64,000 nucleotides of DNA, taken from NCBI RefSeq assembly GCF_024521635.1, contig NW_026250425.1, positions 372,001 through 436,000 of the forward strand. Direction: 5' to 3'. Made by a program: the position numbers and the translations under genes. This DNA comes from Tricharina praecox. Taxonomy: Eukaryota. Shown here piece after piece: positions 32,872 through 45,090 of the stretch (the first letter of the stretch is position 1; the number at the start of each line of letters is the position of its first letter). The notes under the pieces were generated by a model that had not been told where the DNA came from, did no database searches, and worked only from the letters and a program-made list of their open reading frames with translations.

Positions 32872-34496
32872 ATCGTGGCGATCAACCATCCATTCATACT
32901 GCATCCACGGATCGGCGTTCATTGTCTTTTATTACCTTTTTCGCATCAGCGTGTCGGATTTTACTCTCGTCAATTTTCTGATTCTCCCACCAACCGACCG
33001 CCCGACCGTTTCTGGTGCTCCACTAAGATTAACATGACGGCGTCTTGAGTGTGTGCGCAATATGTGCTCTCGTACATTTGTTCATAATGATGGGATGGTG
33101 CTCTAGTCCACCAAGAACATCATCCTGATACCCCCTCATTACAGTACATACTCGTATTCGATATACCCGCAACTTTAGGGGACGGGTTGCTGTTTTTCTC
33201 CTTTCCGCTGTTCTTTCCTAATGCTTTTTTTCTTTTCTTTTACTTACCGTTTGTTCTTCTCTGGTTGGGGCAGTGGTCGATAGGGAGTGTGTTGTGTGTT
33301 GTGTTGGGGCGGCGGAGAGATGGGCGTGGCGTACTTGGGCGTACTCTATGCACATTTTATCGTTTTTGTTTCCGTTTATCCTCCTCTTTTTGTACCGTCC
33401 GTCGGTCCGTCCGTCCATGGAGGGCTTCACCCCGTTTCAGTGTGCGGTGTTGTGTCCTACCAGTTTTTGTCTATCCCCACATCCTCGGTCCTGACCAAAC
33501 CACCACCTGCCCTCCTCTTGCCCTACAGACATTACGTCGAATATGAGGAAGGAAGAGAGTAGAAAGTATCTACATACCTGTGAGGAAAAAGAAGGAAGAA
33601 GCGTCTCTGTATGATTCGATCTCCTGTTTGTCTTTTTTTTGTTGTTTTTTTTGGACGTTGTTTTTCCCATGTGTTTTTTTGTCTGTACTAGGTACCGCTT
33701 GCTATCACTGGAAACTTTGGAAACCGTTTGCTAACGACTCGTTGATGGGAGAGAGTGGATGGGGGATTGGGGGATGCGGGTTAGGGGGATGGGCGGTGTG
33801 GGGCATGGGAGATGGGAGATGGGCTGGCTTTTTCTTTTGTTACAACAGGATATGGATTTGGAAGCTCTTTTCTTTTTGGATGGTGAGATGTGCGGGTGAG
33901 ATGGAGGATGGGGGATGGGATGTGGGTATGAGGTGTGGGCATGAGATGAGGGCCGGGGGTGTATATGAGTTCATGTTCAATCGATACCGATACAATACTC
34001 TACTACATACTCTATTACTACCTACTTCCGCCTGTGGGATTGGGGGGGGGGGAATGAGATGGAGTGGGAAGGTGGCCGTTGTCGAAGCATTGAACGTCGA
34101 GTTGAGTCCACTCACTTCACATCACTGGCCGGTGGGCGACACGTGCGCTCGCGTTGTTATTGTTTACTCGCGTTGTTTGGCTCGCGTTGTTTGTTGCCTT
34201 TCCGCGCGTTGTTGATTGTTTGTTGTGGGTCCCGGTGTGGGTGCTGCGGGTGTTATGAGTGGGTGCTGCGGGTGTGTAGTACGTGTATGACATGTGGGTG
34301 TGGTGCGGGGGGTGGTGGGACAAAATGCGGGGTCGATGGCGTCGTTGTGCAGGGGATGGGGAGGGGCGAGGGGGGATGGGTCCGTCGAGGAGTGGGAATT
34401 TGAGGATCTGGGGATTTGGGAATTTGGCTGCTGCTGCTGCTGCTTCTCTCCAGCAAAGCAGAATGGGGCCTCAGAGTCAATGGGTGCTAGTAGGAG

Positions 34497-34581
34497 GCAG
34501 TGGGCAGTGGGCAGTGGGAGCAAGTGGGCAGTGGGAGCAAGTGGGCAGTGGGAGCAAGTGGGCAGTGGGAGTAAGTGGGAG
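34497..34581. repeat. 17-bp tandem repeat GGGCAGTGGGAGCAAGT, about 4 copies
   Basis: Directly visible. Confidence 0.85.
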
Positions 34582-36350
34582 CCGAGAGGGGAATGGCGAT
34601 TGAATTGGAACTGGATTGGAACTGGCAGCCGTGAGGGGGCAGCGGGGCACCGGGGCGGTGGGGTGAAGACGAGTGGGGCGAGGGGCGAGAAAGGTGCGAG
34701 TTCTCTATCGAATTCTGCCCGCCCGCACCGGTCGCCCACGATACTCGTACATAACCTGGAGGTACATGGTGATGGCGATAGTAATGGTATGGCCTCCCTC
34801 GGTCTCAGCGCATATTGATACATCGATACCGGTACATTTGGCGCTGGTAACGGTTGTGCAGTGCATGTTCCTGCACACATATACTTCTTACTCATACACA
34901 CACATACACACACATATACGTACTCATGCACACACATACACATACACAAACATACACACTCATATGTACCCATATTATACATGCACGCGCATCGCAGACT
35001 TGCGTGCGTATCCACTCCAGCCAAAGAGCGCAATACTCGGTACCGTATAGTATCTGTCAGCCTGCGTTCCCAGAGCGCGAGTGGACCCTAGAGTCCTCCG
35101 GTAAACAGTTCGAGCTGTCCGTCGCGGAGAGCGGCGGAGTCACTGTTTACATACCTAATGTATGATGTATGATACTACGGTGAGTAACTAAACATGACTG
35201 GTATGATACCGTACATACTGTACAACACATGCTGCTATATACATCTTGCTGCTGTTGCTGCTGCATATCGCTCGTCGGTTCCGCCGAGGAGATCTACCAC
35301 CTAGGAGCTCTACCTAGCTAGGTATCACGGGGTTCACTGTTTGGCGGCTATATACCTAGTATGTATAGCGGGGGGCCACGGGCACTGGGCACTGGGCACA
35401 GGGCAGTGGGCAGTAGCGGAGCTGCGGGGAGGAGGGGTAAAGATCAGGTACCTACATCATAGTACATAGGTAGATACTAGATACTGGATAATAAGTACTG
35501 GACTCAGGAGCCTGGACTTGGGACTCGGGACTTAGGACTTCTGGAGGGATACCTACCCACCTATGTGCTATTTCCGGACACTATGGTTTCGGATCCGCCG
35601 CAGTACTACTTACCTATGTATCTACATTTACGAGCGGTGACAGCGGGCTCCGGTACGGTTTCAGATATCGAGCATCCGAGTGTGTGTGGTGGTGGTGGTG
35701 GGCGGTATCATACTCTATCACTCGAGCTCTTCGTAAGTACGGCAGGACTATTTCCAATTCGCTCTGCGGACTACATGTCACGATGTCACCGAGCGGAGGG
35801 TACTTACTCATATACTATGGAGTACTGACGGAGGGATTATGGGGTTAAAAGAATAAATCACAGTGAACCATATTTCGAGACTACCTACCTACATCATGAT
35901 GTCACCGAGCGGTGAGAGATGAACTGACGTGGTGCTGCGAAGGATATCGATATCGGTGCTGAGAAATCATCTATCAGCCGAATCATATTTACGTGACTTG
36001 GACGGTCGTCCTCCATCGTCGGACTGGACTGGGACCGACCCTTGGATCCGTTCCAGGCTCGGACCGTTCGGCATTTGAGCCGTCCGGACCGTCCGGACCG
36101 GACGATGGAGAACACTGGATAGCATACGTATATAGGTAGAGGACTTACTGCCGCAGCGGGAGAGAGAATAATCAAGTCCCGAGACTCCTACTTTTCACAA
36201 GCAATTTCAATACTATACTCTGGTATGAATCTGTCTCAAGATCTCCTATTCCTTGTACCATGGCCGTATCATGAGGAATTCACGAAGCATGTAACTCAGT
36301 CCACGGTAATGATACGTCTATATCAATAGGTACAACCGTATGACGGTCCA

Positions 36351-37079
36351 CGGTGCTACCGATAGTCCAGTCCATTCCAGTCCAGTCCAGTCCATAAAAT
36401 TGGAGGACGGCTTGAATTTAGTCTGTCCCAGAGATTTGCCGCCTCGGACTGCAGTCGACTGACAGACTGCCAATTTCTGGAATTTTTGGGTCGAACCAGG
36501 TATATGTAGCTAGAGGGTATCACTCTTTCAACCTATCAAATGTTCTCTTTCCGTACCATGCCAGCCCTCTATCTCCTACCCCACCGTCGTCTGAATAAAG
36601 ATATGATGGAGGTTTTCCAGCAGGAACCGCCTCCATGCGATTCCATGGACAATGTGGTACAGTACTCGTTGAATAAACCACATGAACCTCGCTGGAAAGA
36701 TCTTACCAAAATGGCCCTCCAGTATTTGAGCCTTCCCGCCATGAGAGCAGAGCTGGAACGAGTTTTTAATGGGGCTAAAACTACTCTCTCTCATCGTCGC
36801 TGCAGCATGGGTGAGGACGCACTGAAGGGCCCTGGAAAGTCTCAAAAGCTGGTAACGAGATGGTCTTGTAGCTGCTACAAAGGGTGATGTCAAGGAGATG
36901 GGGAATATCCTCAATGCAATGTGCGAGGCGGATCTGCAATAGCTGTACTATAGACGTGTATTCACAAAAAGTTCATTACTGATTTCAAACATTTTCCATT
37001 CAAAGTACCAGTCCATCAAGTCGACTGCAGTCCATCCAGTCCGCCCAGTCGACTGCAGTCCGTCCAGTCGAGTAACACT
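36351..37079 (+). mobile_element. Degenerate hAT DNA-transposon relic carrying the transposase C-terminal dimerisation fragment
   Basis: About 36600-36860 encodes RWKDLTKMALQYLSLPAMRAELERVFNGAKTTLSHRRCSMGEDAL, then a frameshifted LESLKSW. This matches the hAT dimerisation motif L.SIPA.SA..ERVFS. Flanked by CAGTC/GACTG subterminal repeat clusters at 36364-36466 and 37009-37070. Boundaries are approximate. Confidence 0.75.
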
Positions 37080-37781
37080 CCTTTCCCGATAAACGCTCGT
37101 TTTTTGCTACAGCAGCTTATGATCCTTCTCAGTGAGATCTATTACGGTTATACCTTATGCTAGGTACTGTAAAATGCTGGTTGCTGGTGGCTTTGCCTCG
37201 GAACAATGGTAGGCACTGCCCAGCGGCGACTGGGTCACAGATTGTTCTTATCTGTGGATATTTGAATCAGTAGTTATCCCATATATACCCCGAATATTCC
37301 AAGTATCTTTTGCTGACTCTTGAAAACTGCAAACGGTTGCGGACGAGGACTTTCTGGCCCACAGGGGATGGCATCTGGTTGTGGTTCTGAGTGTGATTTT
37401 GAGCTCCTGTTTGAATGCCCTCTTGTAGATGAGGCTCCGCAGGTTTCAACTGTAAAACGGATGTCTTGGAGACGGAACCGAACTGTCAAACATCCGTCGC
37501 AGCCCTACACGAGTGTGAGAATCGGTGAGCCACGGTGAGCAACCACTTTGAGTTTGACAGGGGCCGACCGCTTCCCGTTAGCAGGGAAAATCTTGGCATT
37601 CCCTGTCTCAGTACGCGTTAGCGCGGCTGCAAATAAAATCCGCTTAACTGAACTTTTTCTCGCAGCCTACTCAACCATCACCTTCAACCTCTTCCTCTCC
37701 CTCCTCCCTCCGCACCTCACCCTCTCTCCATTCCCAAATACCACCCTTCACTTCATACTCCCCTCAATTACGATCGCTACA

Positions 37782-39432
37782 ATGTCTGCCGGTGTTCAGT
37801 CCGTTGCTTTCTGGGGCCTCCAGGTCCCCGCCGGTGATGAGCCCACCATCGCCGCGTCTGAAATCCCTGGCGTTCACATGGTACGTGATCTTCGCGGGTC
37901 CAGGTTTATGTGCCGCACCATACTGACATCTTATTCTTTGCTCGCAGTTCCGTCTTACAATGGCTGCCATTGACCCCAGTGCGAAGCCACTTGACGAGAC
38001 CAAGCCCAAGCGCGCCACCTTGAAGATCATCCGCCGTCCTCTTGACCTCGATGACTATGAGGATGAGGACGAGGAGGACGAAGAAGATGATGAGGAAGAC
38101 GACGAGGAGGAGCAGGCCCAGCTCCAGCACACTTCCAAGAAGTTGAGGGAGGCCGACAAGGCCATCAAGAAGGCCCTCAAGGCCGCCGAGCAGAATGCTA
38201 TGGAGGTTGACGCCAAGGAGGATGACAGCGACGACGATGAGGATTCCGAGGGTGGTTTCGAGACTGAGGAGTTCGTCATCTGCACCTTGGACACCGAGAG
38301 AGTCTGTGCAACTAGTTCTTCCGACTCACGTATCTGCATCGACACTGACTGTTCTTCAGACTTACCAGCAGCCCCTCGACATCATCATCGGCGAGGATGA
38401 GGAGGTCTTCTTCAAGGTTGATGGTAACTACGACATCTCCCTTTCCGGAAACTACATCATTCCTCTCAACGAGAACGATGACGAGGAGAGCTACTCGGAC
38501 GAGGAGGAGAGCGAGGGCGAGGAGGATTACGATCTTTCTCCCGATGAGGAAGAGCTCATGAACCTCATTGGAGGAGGAGCTGAGTCTGAGGATGAGCTTG
38601 ACGACGTTGAGGAGCCGCGCATCACCGAGGTCGAATCCGAGGAGGACAAGACCCCCAAGAAGAAGGCGACCGAGAAGGTAGCCGAGAAGAAGCTCGGCAA
38701 GGCCGAGAAGAAGGGTAACAAGCGTGCTGCCGAGGAGGACGAGGGTATGTAAAACCCATCCATATCAGGCCGACGCGTGCTAACTCCATTCTAGCCAAGC
38801 CCGAGGAGCCCAAGCTCTCCAAGAAGCAGCTGAAGAAGCTGAAGGCTAATGACGGAAAGGCCGTTGCTGCCACCAACGACACTCCCGAGTCCAAGAAAAA
38901 GGTCCAGTTTGCAAAGCCTATCGAACAGGGCCCCACTAACGGCAAGAAGGACGCCAAACAGACTCCCGAGAAGCCCGCGACTAAGCAGACCCCCGAGAAG
39001 AAGGTTGCCGAGAAGAAGCCCGAGGCTGCTGCTCCTACCACCAGGGTTGTCCAGGGCATCACTGTCGAGGACAAGACCGTCGGTACCGGAGCTGTCTGCA
39101 AGAAGGGCAACAAGCTTGGTATGCGTTACATCGGAAAGCTGAACGATAAGAACGGCAAGGTCTTCGACAAGAACACCCAGGGCAAGCCTTTCACCTTCCG
39201 CCTCGGTAAGGGCGAGGTCATCAAGGGTTGGGACATCGGTCTCGTCGGCATGAGGGTCGGTGGCGAGCGTCGCATCACCATCCCCGCCAGCATGGGCTAC
39301 GGAAACAAGGCGATCCCCGGCATCCCCGCCAACTCTACCCTGTGCTTCGATGGTGAGTTCATTGCTCTTGGCTACTTTGTCGTCTACGAATATGGCTAAC
39401 ATGAAGCAGTCAAACTCCTTGAGGTCAAATAA
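37782..39432 (+). CDS. fpr4: Nucleolar FK506-binding protein (nucleoplasmin-like domain, acidic/basic tracts, FKBP PPIase); four introns (about 37881..37948, 38302..38359, 38746..38793, 39353..39408)
   Basis: [40 protein letters not shown], then [46 protein letters not shown]. Confidence 0.95.
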
Positions 39433-40119
39433 ATGATCGGCGCATCTTCCCTAATCTAATAGTGCTGCTGTGATTTTGTATAAAAAGTGTCTTCTGGTTG
39501 TTTTGCGATTTCTTTCTACATTGTGTGCAAGTGTCTCTGTTTTACGAGAATCTGTGGAACAAACGAAACGATGATGGGTTCAAATTATTCGGATCATATG
39601 CTCGTGATACTCTGTGCCAGAAATTGTGATCAAAGAAACTGATTACTTAGATTTTACCACTCGTAATCGCTGAGCACCATAGGTCTACGGACTATGAGCA
39701 TCGTAATCGTATCTTCATACCCCTTCCACGAGTGACAAATCGGGCGGTAGGTGATGGAATACGTGGTGAGTATCTTGCTTGTACAAAGATCTGCCTGATC
39801 CTTCCATCAATCCTTCTGTGATACCTAGGCGTAGCTGATTCCGCTGGCGGGTTCACCCCTCTAACCATGTAGCCACTGCGACAATCCAGCCCGGAACTCC
39901 GATACACAGCCAGGATGGTACACTGTGAGAAAATAAATCCAGTCCTTTCAAGTCGGTAACTTCAAATTGCATCACGGAGAGAGAGAGGTGATATGATGTA
40001 TGCACAAGGAATTCCGGGTGCACATATGTATGCCCGGGGAATTCGGAAATGATTTCTTATTCATGAAGTACAACGTTGCAAAGAACTCCAGTCTGGACGG
40101 ATGAATTGATGCGAGCCAT

Positions 40120-40632
40120 TTAGTCCCAACTGTATGCCTTCTGTCAGCTGTCATTGAAGAGAGAACACGGGAAAGGAGGAATCATACCCAGTATCCTTCA
40201 GTCTAGCAATATCGCCCTTGGTGCCCTTCTGCTTTCCCGAAGCGCCGCCCTCAACGACCAACCGATCGAGCTGGAAATACTGGCTCAACATGGTTTGTCT
40301 CTGTCCCCGCGCATGTTTGTCAGCACCCTTCCTTCTTGCTCTCCCGCTTCCACGCACCTGCAGCACTTTGAGATCGCGCTGACCGCGCGCAATCAGCTCC
40401 TGGACACGCTGGGGATCATGCTCCAGCCGGTGCTCGCGGAACGCATCGCGCGAGCGTCGCTTGGCGTATTCGCGGAAGTTGTAGGCGGCGAAGCGGTTCG
40501 AGAAGCGGAGGAGGTTGCGGTACTGTTACATCCCGGGTGGTGGCGAGTTAGTTAGTTTCGTCGCGCGGTCCGGGGGGAGAAACGGAGGGAGGGAGGTACC
40601 AGTGACCGCGCTGTCTGTGCTGTCTCGGCCAT
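40120..40632 (-). CDS. isd11: LYR-motif Fe-S cluster biogenesis protein Isd11, 106 aa; introns 40523..40599, 40301..40357, 40130..40187
   Basis: Spliced: [71 protein letters not shown]. Only a fragment appears in the ORF track. Confidence 0.93.
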
Positions 40633-40767
40633 ATCTGCGGCGTACGTGTGGATATGCGAGGTGGTGGTGGTGAAAATGCTTGCGGCGATGTGTGTGAGAT
40701 GGGGCTGATGGGGCAGATGTGGGGGACGCCAGAGAGAAACGCCGAGCCTCGTAAATTCACTCTAATT

Positions 40768-40803
40768 CTGACGTCGTCAGTGCTAAGGTTCCGCAGGGTT
40801 CCG
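40768..40803. promoter_or_regulatory. Palindrome CTGACG-T-CGTCAG plus CCG-N7-CCG in the isd11/hem14 bidirectional promoter
   Basis: Palindrome at 40768..40780; CCG cagggtt CCG at 40791..40803. Confidence 0.45.
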
Positions 40804-40914
40804 TGTAACCGTGCTATGTATTGTACCATACCACGCCATTGCGTCTGAGCAGTGAGGACCATCGGGAACAACTCAGATCGGACCACCTCTCTTCTTCCTC
40901 AAGACACGATCACC

Positions 40915-42687
40915 ATGTTGGGGAATACTTCGAGAAACATACACCTCACGGCTATGTCCAGCCCTCTCCGAGCTCAATGCCGGAATCTTATGGGCACAGC
41001 TACACGACAGCTCTCGATACGCGCCGATTCCCAGCAGATCAAGTCAGTCGCAATTCTCGGTTCAGCTTTCACTCTCCGACCGTGATTGGAGGGTTTCCGT
41101 ACGTGCTGACTATCGCTTGCAGGCGGCGGCATCACCGGGTTGTCGGCGGCATGGTACTTATCCAAGCTTGCGCCGGCGGTTCCAGTCACGCTGTACGAGA
41201 AGTCGTCGAGGCTGGGCGGATGGCTCAATTCGAAGCGTGTGGAGTATAATGGCGGGAGTGTGCTGTTCGAGCAGGGCCCGAGAACCCTGCGACCTTGGTC
41301 GATCGCTGGGCTGGTTACGCTGGATATGGTGCGTTGCGGATTACCGGGTGTTGGTCCACTACATCTTACACGGTTTTAGATTCGACAGCTGAAGCTCGAA
41401 GACGAGCTGGCGATCATCCCGAAGACTTCTCCCGCCGCTCGGAACCGGTTCATCTACTATCCCGACCGCCTCAACGAGCTCCCGAACAGTGCAGTCTCGG
41501 CGATGCTCTCCCCGAGACTCCCCGTGATGAAGGGTGTCCTCGGCGGTATCCTCAAGGAGCCATTCCGGAGGCGCCGATCACCAGATCTCCAGGACGAATC
41601 GGTTGGATCGTTCATCAGCCGGCGCTTCGGCCCAAGCCTTGCCCAAAATATGGTCTCGGCGGTCTTGCACGGGATCTACGCCGGCGATATCGACCGTCTC
41701 AGCGTCAAATCGCTTTTCCCCACGATGTGGCGGAATGAGGCGGCACATGGATCTTTGATCCTCGGGATGTTGCGCACAAAGAACAAAGCTGAGATCGTCG
41801 ACGATGTGACATTGCAGGCTGAACTTACTCCGGACAATGCTGAGCTCATGAAGAAGCTCGAGAACGCGAGCGTGTACTCGTTCAAGGGCGGTATTGAGAC
41901 CCTTAGTCGGGCACTTGTCACAGAGCTCAAGAAAAACCCCAACATCACCATCGAAACTTCCGCCGACCTTGGCAGCGTCGAATACTCCCCCGACGACGCC
42001 AATCTGCCGTTCTCACTCGGCGGCGGAAAACATTCCCACGTCGTCTCGACTCTCTATGCCTCAGTCACCAACTCTCTCCTCTCACCCACGCACCGCATTC
42101 CCGCGCTCGCACAAATCGAAGCCGTCACAGTCCTCGTCGTCAACCTGTACTTCGCGACGTCCAATCTCCTCCCAGTAGAGGGATTCGGCTATCTCCTTCC
42201 CAAATCCATCCCATCCTCCTCCAATCCGCACAAGGCGCTCGGCGTAATCTTCGACTCGTGCGCTACGCCACAGCCATCAGAGACGGGCACGAAGGTCACG
42301 ATTATGCTCGGCGGGCACTACTGGCAGGGCCGGACCTCGTTCCCGTCAGACGCGGAGGGCGTGCGGATGGCTCGTGACGTGTTGAGGCAGCACCTGCACA
42401 TCGACGAGGAGCCGCTTGCGGCGAACGTCGCGCTGAATAGGGACTGTATCCCGCAGTATAACGTGGGCCACGATGCGAGGATGAAGGATGTGAAGCAGGC
42501 GCTCCTGGAGACGTTCGGTGGACGCCTGTGTGTGGCTGGTGCGAGCTATAGAGGCGTCGGCATGAATGATTGTATCAGGTCTGCGAGAGATGTGGTCAAG
42601 GGGTTGGTAGAGCACGGGGGACGCTATACGGGGCTGGAAGGGGGAGGGGATGAGATCAGGTGGGTTGGGAATGAGAAGGGACGCTGA
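40915..42687 (+). CDS. hem14: Protoporphyrinogen oxidase; introns 41060..41122, 41329..41379
   Basis: Mitochondrial-type presequence. VAILG-GGITGLSAAW (FAD binding), RLGGWL, FEQGPRTLRP, GIYAGD, GFGYLLP, CIPQYNVGH and GVGMNDC. Confidence 0.95.
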
Positions 42688-43154
42688 AGGATGGGGATGT
42701 GGAATCGGGAGGAATACCGAAATACATGCCTACCTAGGCTTATAAATCTCGAATCCGCTCATTTCCCTCCAGCTCTCACAGTCCAAAGAGACAAGACCAC
42801 CGTGAGATTGTGGTCCGAATATGTACCTACATAGCCGGGTTCCACCGTTCACCACCAACGCACTCGTTTGATTTCGGGATTTATCCAGCTATGATGCCTT
42901 TTGTCTGCCTACTTACTTGACTAAGTACCCACCGGATAGCTCCGGACTCAGAATCTACGGTTAACCTCCAATATAGGGCATGGGTGTGTACGTATTCGGC
43001 ATAACCACGTACGCAGCCCGTGACAAATTACTGTTAACTGAGATTCACATGCCTCTCTACTAGGTGCTATATAGGAAAGCCGCCGATAACCAACGGCGCA
43101 TATGTAAGCGAAAGCAGTTTATCGCGCCCACCGAGCCGAGCCTGCCGAGTCCGC

Positions 43155-43236
43155 AGGAGGAGGAGGAGGAGGAGGAGGAGGAGAAGGAGGAGAAGGAGGA
43201 GAAGGAGGAGGAGGAGGAGGAGGAGGGGGAGGAGGG
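43155..43236. repeat. (GAG)n purine microsatellite
   Basis: Directly visible. Confidence 0.9.
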
Positions 43237-44675
43237 ACCGCAGCCGAAGTCAAAATCTACGCACGCCGAGTTTGAGAGCTCACGGGACCAAATGATGCTT
43301 CCGAGTGAGTCGTTCAGAGCACAGCGGGCATATATGTCGCAATGGAAACCGGATTACCTACCTCTGTATTCTTTTATTGGAAATTCGCACACTCGTGCCC
43401 GAAAGGCTAAAGGCTCGGTGGTTTTTCCAAAGCCCGTGCGCTGCATTGCGTTGCGATGCAGATCCGGAAGCGCCGACGCTCGGCTCGCATTTTTTTCTCT
43501 GGGGCGGGGTTCTAGCTTGTGCTGCTGCCGCTGCTGCTACTGCTGCCGGCGGCGGAAAACTCGGGCTGCGCATAATAAAGCATAATAAATATGATATTGA
43601 TATTGATAACTGCCGGATGGATTTTCAGGGGAATCGCTGTACAGCGCAGAGGATCTTGGAAATAACTGGAAATACGTATGTGCCAACCACCGTCCACTGG
43701 ATTTTTTGATTTGAAATGCTGGTAGTGGTGGTGGTGCTGGTGGTGGGCCATGATTGTCACCATTAAACCAATCAACACACGATCCGCATAACCTCTGGAG
43801 CCTGGAGGGCATTCGGGGGATGAAGATAGCGGTATCTATTCATCTCTTTGAACTCTTTAAACTCTCCCAGACCAAGCTTTGTATGTTTCGGCGGAAAGCC
43901 TGCGATCTCGGTTCACCGGCCAGCAGAACGATTTGATTGATTGCCAATTCGCACAGCATGGAACCGTAAGGTTATGGTCGGTAGAGGTATCAATACACTG
44001 ACAAAGAAATTCCACCATCAAACCCCAGAACGGCAGAATGGTTTGTCCGGTAGGTTGGTTGAAATATTCAACACAACCGTGTTAACTATCGGGCACGGTT
44101 CTCGATATCGACTTTTAACTTTTATCTACAATTGCTCCTGCCTCCGCTCTGTATGGCTCCAGGATATAGTACTTGCCAATCTAGATTCGTCACTCGTGGA
44201 TTTTGCACAGGCCAGTTTTAACCATCGGCGAGTTGTCCGTGAGTGACACTGCCGGGAACCGACATTTTTAACCATATAACTGCCAGTTACATCATAGCCA
44301 GCTGCTCTTAGGCGTCCGGGCGGGGCGCAATGCACGCCGTGTCTCACGGCCGTTGCTTTTGCTTTTCTTTTCTTTCGCTGCGGGTGTTTGTTTGGTGGTT
44401 GGTTGGTGGGTCTGGCTACTCTATCGCCATGGGGTTTGTATTATCTCCGGGCCGATCCCGATATCGACCTGCTGCGGGAGAAGTACCGGTATGATATGTG
44501 TGAGGTGCGTACGCACTCTAGGCTAGGTAGACTACGGTAAGAGAGAGGGAGGGAAGCAATATCGTTGGCCAACTCGGTTTCAATTTCAGAATCAGCCTTC
44601 GAACAGGACTGGCTCCCGTGGGAGCATGGGAGCAAGGGGGGAATGCCGGTGGGCATGTATGTTCTTAAGTACTTA

Positions 44676-45090
44676 GGGCCCGTTTGGATGGCCTCAGTTT
44701 TAACGAAAACTGTCAGTTTTTCGAGAAACCGAGGAAACAAAACTGAGACCCCGTTTGGATGGCACAAAAACTTAAAAAAATAAAACCGAAACTGTGCGGC
44801 TCCAACGACGAAACTGGTACTGACCTCGAGAGGCCATTTCTTTGCCGCCACTCAGTATCGCATTTTAACTTCAACCATGAGAAAAAAGCGGGGCCACAAT
44901 GTGTCCACTATTGAAGTTCTGGTGAAGCCTATCATTCAGACTTATGGCTGAGTAATCTGAGAACTGTCAAACGCTCTGTTCACCTCACGGTTCTCCGGAA
45001 ACTGAAACTGGACAGTATTCGGTGTCCCGGCGGGGAACTGAATTTCGCTCTAAAACTGGAACTGAAAACTGAGGCCATCCAAGCGGGCCC
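44676..45090. mobile_element. PIF/Harbinger (Tourist-like) MITE, 415 bp, TTA target-site duplication
   Basis: 26-bp TIRs GGGCCCG(T/C)TTGGATGGCCTCAGTTTT at 44676..44701 and 45065..45090, with 1 mismatch. TTA at 44673-75 and 45091-93. Internal AAACTG repeats; no transposase. Confidence 0.9.

Noticed and set aside
33187..35165. Many overlapping Cys/His/Gly-rich ORFs downstream of cdc25
   Set aside because: Generated by (CA)n, (GT)n and G-rich simple repeats.
39571..39642. Possible C/D-box snoRNA (ATGATGG..CTGA)
   Set aside because: Imperfect C box, no terminal stem and no rRNA-antisense guide recognised.
43064..43585. 173-aa poly-Glu ORF
   Set aside because: Starts at GTG and is held open by a (GAG)n microsatellite; no recognisable domain.
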